Part shown: one piece after another, positions 57,983 to 64,000 of the stretch | Position numbering within the stretch: position 1 is the stretch's first letter | Layout: each line of letters starts with the position of its first letter | From: an uncultured Sphaerochaeta sp. | GTDB lineage: Bacteria > Spirochaetota > Spirochaetia > Sphaerochaetales > Sphaerochaetaceae | NCBI RefSeq assembly: GCF_963676625.2 | Contig: NZ_CAXXYB010000001.1 | Span: forward strand, 85,070-149,069 | Length of the DNA: 64,000 nt | Direction: 5' to 3' | The notes under the pieces: generated by a model | What the model saw: the letters and a program-made list of their open reading frames with translations, nothing else | What the model was told of the DNA's origin: nothing | Database searches by the model: none | Program-made: the position numbers and the translations under genes

Positions 57983-59305
57983 TCAAGAACGCTTTTTTGC
58001 TTCCTCAAAGAAAGGTTGTGCAACACGGAAAAACTCTTCTCGAAGCCAAGTAAGAGAAACATCTCTCAGTTCATGATCACGAACCAACCACCTTCCATTC
58101 ACAAATACATGTTGTACGTTCTGCACCCCACTGCTATAGACGATTACCGAATACGGATCGAAACAAGGAATCATGTTGGGACTTTCCAACTCCAAGACCA
58201 AAATATCGGCCTTTTTTCCGACAACGAGACTCCCTATGTTCTTCTCGGCATGCAGAACTTTGGCTGCTTCACTCGTACAGAGTGGCACCACTGAACTTGC
58301 AGGAATTGCAGTTCTGTCCTTCAAGACATTCTTATGCAAAATAGCATACAATTTCATCTGGGTAAAAACCTCAAGGGTATTGCCACTAGCAGGTCCATCA
58401 GTCCCCAACCCTACAAGAACTCCTTCTTGTCGCATTCGAGGACACCTGGCGATTCCTTTTGCACTCTTGAGATTTGCACCAGGACAGTGAATTACTTTGG
58501 TTCCATTCTTTGCCAAAAGAGCAATATCCTCATCACTTGTATGAATGCAATGGGCAGCAAGTAAGGAACTGTCCAGCAAATGTTCTTTTTCCAGAAAACC
58601 AATTGGAGAAAGTCCGTATTCCTTTGCATATTTTTCCATTTCAAAATCCATTTCGGAGAGATGCATTGTCCATAGGAGCCCATACTCATGGGCAAGCGCT
58701 TGAGCTTCCTTCAGGACCGAAAGGGAATTGCTATAGGGAGCATGCGGAGCAATAATCGGAGTAATAAGAGGATCGTCACAATACTGTTCAATCAAGCGAA
58801 CAGCCTTCTTTAACCCTTCCCTACCGTTTCGGGCGTCACAGTGAGGATCTTCCATCAAGGTCTCACCTGCCCAGAGTCGAAACCCCATCTCCTTGGCAAC
58901 TTTGGCAACAGCATCTTCGAAATAGTACATATCAACTGCACTTCCGATACCGGCAAGGAGCATTTCAGCAATGGCCAACCGAGAGGAGGCAACGGCCAGT
59001 TCCTCATTCATGCAAGCATTTTCCAAAGGTAGCAAAAAACGCCTCAATCGATCGGGGCTGTCATCTCCCAAGGAACGAAAAGCTATCATTCCCATATGAG
59101 TATGGGCATTGATGAAGGTAGGCAGGATTAACGCATCGGCAAGGTCCACCACCTCATCACAGGTGGCAAGCAACGAAGAAGGTAGTTCTGCATCCTTACC
59201 CACATAGACAAGTGTATCGCCATCAAAGGCCAAGGCTCCATTCTCAATGACTGTCATCGACTCGTCCATCGTAAGGATTGTGGCATGACGCAATACATAT
59301 TTCAT
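57983..59305 (-). CDS. Amidohydrolase (MTA/SAH deaminase, MtaD-like)
   Basis: INAHTH, APHAPY, MHLSE, AHCIH, GLGTDG, GKKAD. Confidence 0.88.
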   Translation of the reverse strand: MKYVLRHATILTMDESMTVIENGALAFDGDTLVYVGKDAELPSSLLATCDEVVDLADALILPTFINAHTHMGMIAFRSLGDDSPDRLRRFLLPLENACMNEELAVASSRLAIAEMLLAGIGSAVDMYYFEDAVAKVAKEMGFRLWAGETLMEDPHCDARNGREGLKKAVRLIEQYCDDPLITPIIAPHAPYSNSLSVLKEAQALAHEYGLLWTMHLSEMDFEMEKYAKEYGLSPIGFLEKEHLLDSSLLAAHCIHTSDEDIALLAKNGTKVIHCPGANLKSAKGIARCPRMRQEGVLVGLGTDGPASGNTLEVFTQMKLYAILHKNVLKDRTAIPASSVVPLCTSEAAKVLHAEKNIGSLVVGKKADILVLELESPNMIPCFDPYSVIVYSSGVQNVQHVFVNGRWLVRDHELRDVSLTWLREEFFRVAQPFFEEAKKRS

Positions 59306-60993
59306 GAGATTTTTCCTTCTTCATTCCAGTAGGTTCGCCAGTCGAGAATACGTTTTTGCAGCACATCGACCAAACCCTTGTCACTGATTTTCAACTCAGG
59401 GGATACCGGCAGAGCCAAGACCGCAAAATTCATGACCTCTTCCTTGGCTTCATAGCCATGAAGTTGAAGCCATTTTCTTACTCCCTCGATACGTTTCGCC
59501 AACTTGGGCATAGGTTCAAGCGAGACAATTCCCCCATAGGCAAGGGGAACAAATGATTCTTTCTTCTCATCGACCAAGGCAATCCCTCCCTGATTCTCGA
59601 TGACCAGGTTCACGGCCCTGACAGCCAGTTCGACGCTCGTAGCAAGGACCAGGAGATTGTGACTGTCATGTGCCCAGGAACTGCAGATGGCTCCACTCTT
59701 TTTCAATCCATTCTTCAGGAATGCCGGTTTTATCGGGGATTCCTTTCCATAACGTTCCACGCAGGCAATGACATTCAAGCCTGAGGCGAAAAAATCGAAG
59801 GCATTGTCTTGTACCATGACAGACTGCCTTCCTTTTCTGGTGAAGGTCGTAGCACTGTCCTTCTCTATGATGAGAATATCATGTTTTCCATCAGGACAGG
59901 ACAAATCAAAATCTTTTGTCCCTATCTTTTGTCTTTTTATGGAATGAAGGTATTTTTCCGGCAAGAGAGGAAGCTTCATAGGTGTCACCAGACCATTGGA
60001 CGAATCATAGATCATGACCCCATTCTTGAAAATTGCCTTGATATGAAGGGTTTCCAAGTCGTCAATCACCAATAAATCGGCAATCTTGCCTGGGGCTATC
60101 TGCCCACGATCGAACAGACGCATTCGCATTGCAGGAGAATAGGTTGATGCATAGATGGCCTCTGTTATGGACATTCCGTATGAAATGGCTTGTTTAACCA
60201 CCGCATCCAGATGTCCCTTTGCTTGCAACACATCTGGCATTACATCATCGGTACAAAAACAAAACTTGCCTGCAAGATACTCATCGCAGAGAGCTTCGAC
60301 CGTCTCTTTCTTGACACTCTTTTGCTGGATTTCCAGAAACATTCCCGCCGAGATTTTTTCCCTGATCGATTCAGGAGTTTGTTCGGTATGGTCGGAATCG
60401 ACCCCACCTGCAATGAATCTGCTCAGCTGTTCTCCACTTATTTTCGGGCAATGACCCTCAATGGGAAAACCTGGTTTGCAAGCTTTAAAAGTCTCAATGA
60501 TACGTTTGGTTCTGTTGGGCGACTCGGAAAACAAGTCATTCGCGTTCATGATTTCCCCAAGGGCAATCACATCGTCTCGTTTGCATAGTTGAATGACTTG
60601 TTCAGAGTCAATGAATCCTCCGCTGGTTTCAAGCTCAGCAGAGGTTGCAGGAACACTGCTAGGAATTGCATAGAATACATCCAGAACGGATGGAAGGTCC
60701 ATAAAAGCCTGGAGACCTTCCACTCCGAAGACATTGGCAACCTCATGGCAATCGGCAACGATGGTTGTCGTGCCATGGGGCAATGCCGCATTCGAGAATT
60801 CCGATACAGTTGTCATGGAAGACTCGATATGCATGTGAATATCAATGAACCCCGGAATTATTGCATAGGCACCCGTGCCCTCTTCTTCAAATTGTCGTTC
60901 GACATGAGTGATGGTCTTGTCGAACTCAAGGGAACCGAAATCGAAGGCTCGGTAGGCCGTATTGTAAATCCAGACATTCTTGAGCGTTGTCAT
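59302..60993 (-). CDS. ade: Adenine deaminase
   Basis: PGFIDIHMHIESS, GEIMN, EGH, SDH, CTDD, AHDSHNL. Confidence 0.9.
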   Translation of the reverse strand: MTTLKNVWIYNTAYRAFDFGSLEFDKTITHVERQFEEEGTGAYAIIPGFIDIHMHIESSMTTVSEFSNAALPHGTTTIVADCHEVANVFGVEGLQAFMDLPSVLDVFYAIPSSVPATSAELETSGGFIDSEQVIQLCKRDDVIALGEIMNANDLFSESPNRTKRIIETFKACKPGFPIEGHCPKISGEQLSRFIAGGVDSDHTEQTPESIREKISAGMFLEIQQKSVKKETVEALCDEYLAGKFCFCTDDVMPDVLQAKGHLDAVVKQAISYGMSITEAIYASTYSPAMRMRLFDRGQIAPGKIADLLVIDDLETLHIKAIFKNGVMIYDSSNGLVTPMKLPLLPEKYLHSIKRQKIGTKDFDLSCPDGKHDILIIEKDSATTFTRKGRQSVMVQDNAFDFFASGLNVIACVERYGKESPIKPAFLKNGLKKSGAICSSWAHDSHNLLVLATSVELAVRAVNLVIENQGGIALVDEKKESFVPLAYGGIVSLEPMPKLAKRIEGVRKWLQLHGYEAKEEVMNFAVLALPVSPELKISDKGLVDVLQKRILDWRTYWNEEGKIS

Positions 60994-60995
60994 CC

Positions 60996-62060
60996 CTAGT
61001 TGTTCATCAACCGGTTGAACTGATCCACCCAGTCAGCCATCAAAGGATTCACGAACGAGAAATCAACCATCTTGGCCTTGGCAGCCACTTCACCGACAGT
61101 CTTGTTTGCGGCAAGTTCAGGGGTAAGGACAACCTTGCTGTTGACCGGTGCCTCATTGAGTGCCTTTGCTGTGCGCAGTTCAGTTTCAGCATTGAGCCTG
61201 TAATTGATATAGGCAAGGGCAAGGTCCTTGTTCTTGGAATTCTTGCTGATGTTGATAACATTGAAGTTTGCATAGGTACCGGAAGAAGGAACCATGTACA
61301 CAGCTTCAGGGTCGGCTTTTGCAATTACAGGAACACCGTAATCCCCTACAACTGCAACGGCAATCTCCCCATTCTTGAAAAGACTTGCAACATCGCTGGT
61401 CTTGGCATAGGTGCGCAGTACATTGGGTTTGAGTTCCGCAAGGGCCTTGAAAGCAGTTTTTCCGTTATCCGTGGAAAAATCGACACCCTTTACGTCACTG
61501 GCCATGGCAAGCAGAGCTGGTCCGAAAGTCGTAGTGACAGCAGGAATGGAAATCTTTCCCTTCAAGGCTGGATTCCAGAGATCTTCCCAGGACTTAATCT
61601 CCATACCAGCAGCCTTGGGATTGTAAATAATACCGATGCTGTTAAGGGTATAGGGAGCTCCACTGCCTGATTTGATCATTGCCTGAGCCCCAGAGATCAA
61701 ATCATTGTAGGAAGTGATGTCGCTCGTGGCAATCGGTGCAAACAGACCGGCAGTTACACCGTCAGCAGTATTCTTCTGTGCCAATTCGATTACATCTACC
61801 TTTGAATTCGGGTCACTCAAAAGCTTGGTATAACGTTCCTGGGCATTGCCGGTATCAAGGACAACCTTGGCGTTATACTGTTTTTCAAACGGTTCATAGA
61901 CCTCGGCCCATAGGGAATCTTCCGAGAGCCCCCAGGTAGAAATGATCAGTTCACGAGGTGCGCTCGTGGCTTCCTTTGCACCCTGGGCACTAATTTGAGC
62001 CACGGGGAACAACAGAACCAAAAGGGCTGTTACCAAAGTTGCAGCATGTAGTTTTCTCAT
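60996..62060 (-). CDS. ABC transporter substrate-binding protein (PotD-like)
   Basis: Signal peptide with AQGAKE, STWG, IGIIYN, SWEDLWNPALKGKI. Confidence 0.88.
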   Translation of the reverse strand: MRKLHAATLVTALLVLLFPVAQISAQGAKEATSAPRELIISTWGLSEDSLWAEVYEPFEKQYNAKVVLDTGNAQERYTKLLSDPNSKVDVIELAQKNTADGVTAGLFAPIATSDITSYNDLISGAQAMIKSGSGAPYTLNSIGIIYNPKAAGMEIKSWEDLWNPALKGKISIPAVTTTFGPALLAMASDVKGVDFSTDNGKTAFKALAELKPNVLRTYAKTSDVASLFKNGEIAVAVVGDYGVPVIAKADPEAVYMVPSSGTYANFNVINISKNSKNKDLALAYINYRLNAETELRTAKALNEAPVNSKVVLTPELAANKTVGEVAAKAKMVDFSFVNPLMADWVDQFNRLMNN

Positions 62061-62131
62061 AGTCCTCTCCATTTTCTCTGCCCTTAGGCAGGAATATCAC
62101 GTACCTGGAAGTATCAAGAAGGCTCCAGGAC

Positions 62132-63142
62132 TCAGCGCTTCAGAAATACCAGCTTACCCTTGGGGAACCTAACGGATACCGAAGTCCCTACGGTATAAGC
62201 AGGTTCAATGCTACTGGACACGACGACCATGCCAATTGAAGTCTTTACCTCATATTGGTAGCCCTTTCCCAGATAGGTACGAACCTCGATTGTTCCCTCC
62301 AAGGAATCTGGAAGGTCAGGAGCCTCCATCAAGATGTCCTCTGGTCTGATGCAAAAAAGTTTGGCATCATTATGTTCTTTTGGAATCTGGATTACCGCTT
62401 CCTTCGCATTCTCAAGGGAAAATAAGTTCTTGAATCCTACAAACCGGGCTATCATCTCGGTGGCGGGGTTGGTATAGATGTTCTCAGGGCTATCGCACTG
62501 CTCGATCTTTCCTTTTTGCATGATGGCAACTCGATCCGAGATCGAGAAACACTCTTCCTGATCATGCGTGACGAATATGGTAGTAATTCCCAACTCTTGT
62601 TGGATTCGCTTGATGGAGGAACGCATCTGAAGCCTAAGCTGTGCATCCAGATTGGAAAGGGGTTCATCAAGCAACAACAATTTCGGCTCAATGACCAAGG
62701 CCCGGGCCAAGGCAACTCTCTGTCTTTGTCCCCCTGAAAGTTGCTTGGGGAACCTACCTTCAAGGCCAGTAATTCCACAGATATCCACCATCTTGGAAAC
62801 CTGTAAATCAATCAACTCAGAAGAAAGCTTCCGTAGTTTCAACCCGAAGGCAATGTTGTCAAATACAGTCAGATGGGGGAAAAGAGCATAACTTTGGAAG
62901 ACAATCCCGAAATCCCGCTTATGTACGGGAACATGGGTCATCTCCTTGCCATCAAGAACGAAGGTACCACCAGTTGCCTCTATAAGCCCTGCAATCACCC
63001 GCAGAGTGGTTGTCTTGCCGCACCCAGAAGGCCCAAGCAAGGATAGTAACTCCCCTTCATGGATATCGAGGTTCAAATCTTCCAGAATCAAGTTCTTTTT
63101 GTCATAGGAGACATCAATATGCCTCAACTCACCAAACCCCAT
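62132..63142 (-). CDS. ABC transporter ATPase (PotA-like)
   Basis: GPSGCGKT, FQSYALFPHL, LSGGQRQRVALARA, LLDEP. Confidence 0.95.
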   Translation of the reverse strand: MGFGELRHIDVSYDKKNLILEDLNLDIHEGELLSLLGPSGCGKTTTLRVIAGLIEATGGTFVLDGKEMTHVPVHKRDFGIVFQSYALFPHLTVFDNIAFGLKLRKLSSELIDLQVSKMVDICGITGLEGRFPKQLSGGQRQRVALARALVIEPKLLLLDEPLSNLDAQLRLQMRSSIKRIQQELGITTIFVTHDQEECFSISDRVAIMQKGKIEQCDSPENIYTNPATEMIARFVGFKNLFSLENAKEAVIQIPKEHNDAKLFCIRPEDILMEAPDLPDSLEGTIEVRTYLGKGYQYEVKTSIGMVVVSSSIEPAYTVGTSVSVRFPKGKLVFLKR

Positions 63143-63172
63143 ACTATCCTCCCTGATATTCAGGCAACCTAC

Positions 63173-63973
63173 CTATTCACCCTGGGCAAGTTTACTCTTC
63201 GTTCGTTGTCCACTCATTGACCTATCCATGATAATCATGAAAAGCAAAGTCATCATCATAAGCATTACGGACAGGGCACTTACCGTAGGATCATAATTAT
63301 ATTCGATATAGTTCATCATCGAGTAAGGCAAGGTATCCATTCCGGGTCCCTTCAGATACATGGAGACCGGGATATTATTGAATGAATTGATGAATGAAAG
63401 CATAAAAGCAGAAAGAATTGCCGGTTTCAGATTGGGAAGAACTACTTTCAGAAAAGCTTTTATAGGAGTGCATCCCAACGACCTTGCAGCCTCTTCCATG
63501 CTTTCATCCACATCCTTGAGACTTGCACTGATTATTCTTACACAATAAGGCATGACTACCAGCAAATGCCCGAGAATCAAGGCAATATTCAAGGGGATCG
63601 CAAGGATTACTACCAAGAAACGGAACAATACATACCCAATGACAATACCGGGGATCAAGGAAGGAGAAAGAAATATAGTAAGCAAGAAATTGCTCACCTT
63701 TCCAGGTCGCTTGATCAAAGCCACGGAACTTATCAAGCCAAAGATAATGCCGATAACCGAGGCCAATATGGCCAGAATCAAACTATTCTTGAAACTACCT
63801 ACCAAGGATCTTGAATGAAACACTTTGACAAACCATTGCAAGCTAAACCCTTGCAAGGGAATCGTAATTGAATCGGCACTATTGAAGGAGGTAATCACAA
63901 TCAAAAGGAGAGGAAGAAAAATGAAAGCAAAGACCAGATAAGCTATCACGGTAAGAAAACGGTGCTTATACAT
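63173..63973 (-). CDS. ABC transporter permease (PotC-like)
   Basis: GFSLQWF and EEAARSLG EAA loop. Start MYKHR follows GAGGAG. Confidence 0.92.
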   Translation of the reverse strand: MYKHRFLTVIAYLVFAFIFLPLLLIVITSFNSADSITIPLQGFSLQWFVKVFHSRSLVGSFKNSLILAILASVIGIIFGLISSVALIKRPGKVSNFLLTIFLSPSLIPGIVIGYVLFRFLVVILAIPLNIALILGHLLVVMPYCVRIISASLKDVDESMEEAARSLGCTPIKAFLKVVLPNLKPAILSAFMLSFINSFNNIPVSMYLKGPGMDTLPYSMMNYIEYNYDPTVSALSVMLMMMTLLFMIIMDRSMSGQRTKSKLAQGE

Positions 63974-64000
63974 TGTTTTCTCCTCGTTTATCAAGCTTGG
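63966..64000 (-). CDS. Probable 3' end of an upstream ABC permease (partial)
   Basis: The frame ..KLDKRGENNV* overlaps the next start; the identity is inferred from operon context only. Confidence 0.4.
   Translation of the reverse strand, partial: KLDKRGENNV

Noticed and set aside
1-64000. CRISPR arrays, tRNA/rRNA genes, IS elements, integrases and prophage genes
   Set aside because: No regularly spaced repeats, RNA gene signatures, or transposase/integrase motifs were seen by eye.

Overview
A gene-dense 64 kb bacterial chromosomal segment. Lipoprotein and binding-protein leaders of the 'AQGAKE/ANGQSE' style and many Firmicute-like genes suggest a free-living spirochaete such as Sphaerochaeta; this is inference only. 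I saw no rRNA, tRNA, CRISPR array, IS element or prophage. From left to right: (1) a probable flavin-based extracellular electron transfer locus, comprising a tandem FMN-binding PplA-like lipoprotein that the ORF track missed, a divergent Ndh2-DoxX fusion and a polyprenyl synthase; (2) arsR-acr3 and a split permease; (3) a Crp/Fnr regulator with a perfect TGTGA-N6-TCACA box upstream of pflBA; (4) stress genes gpx, uvsE and a TspO-like gene; (5) a frameshifted GGDEF-EAL gene; (6) an LPP20/LpoB/COG3014 lipoprotein cluster; (7) an AT-richer sugar block (ROK regulator, MglBAC, epimerase, two GH4 enzymes); (8) a Nudix + SauUSI-like type IV restriction pair and a methyltransferase + HNH pair flanking feoAAB; (9) pepC; (10) PucR-permease-DUF917-hydantoinase; (11) TetR-MFS; (12) yhaO/yhaN-like genes; (13) an RRM protein; (14) a purine ABC transporter/deaminase operon. 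All calls come from motif recognition by eye; no database searches were run.
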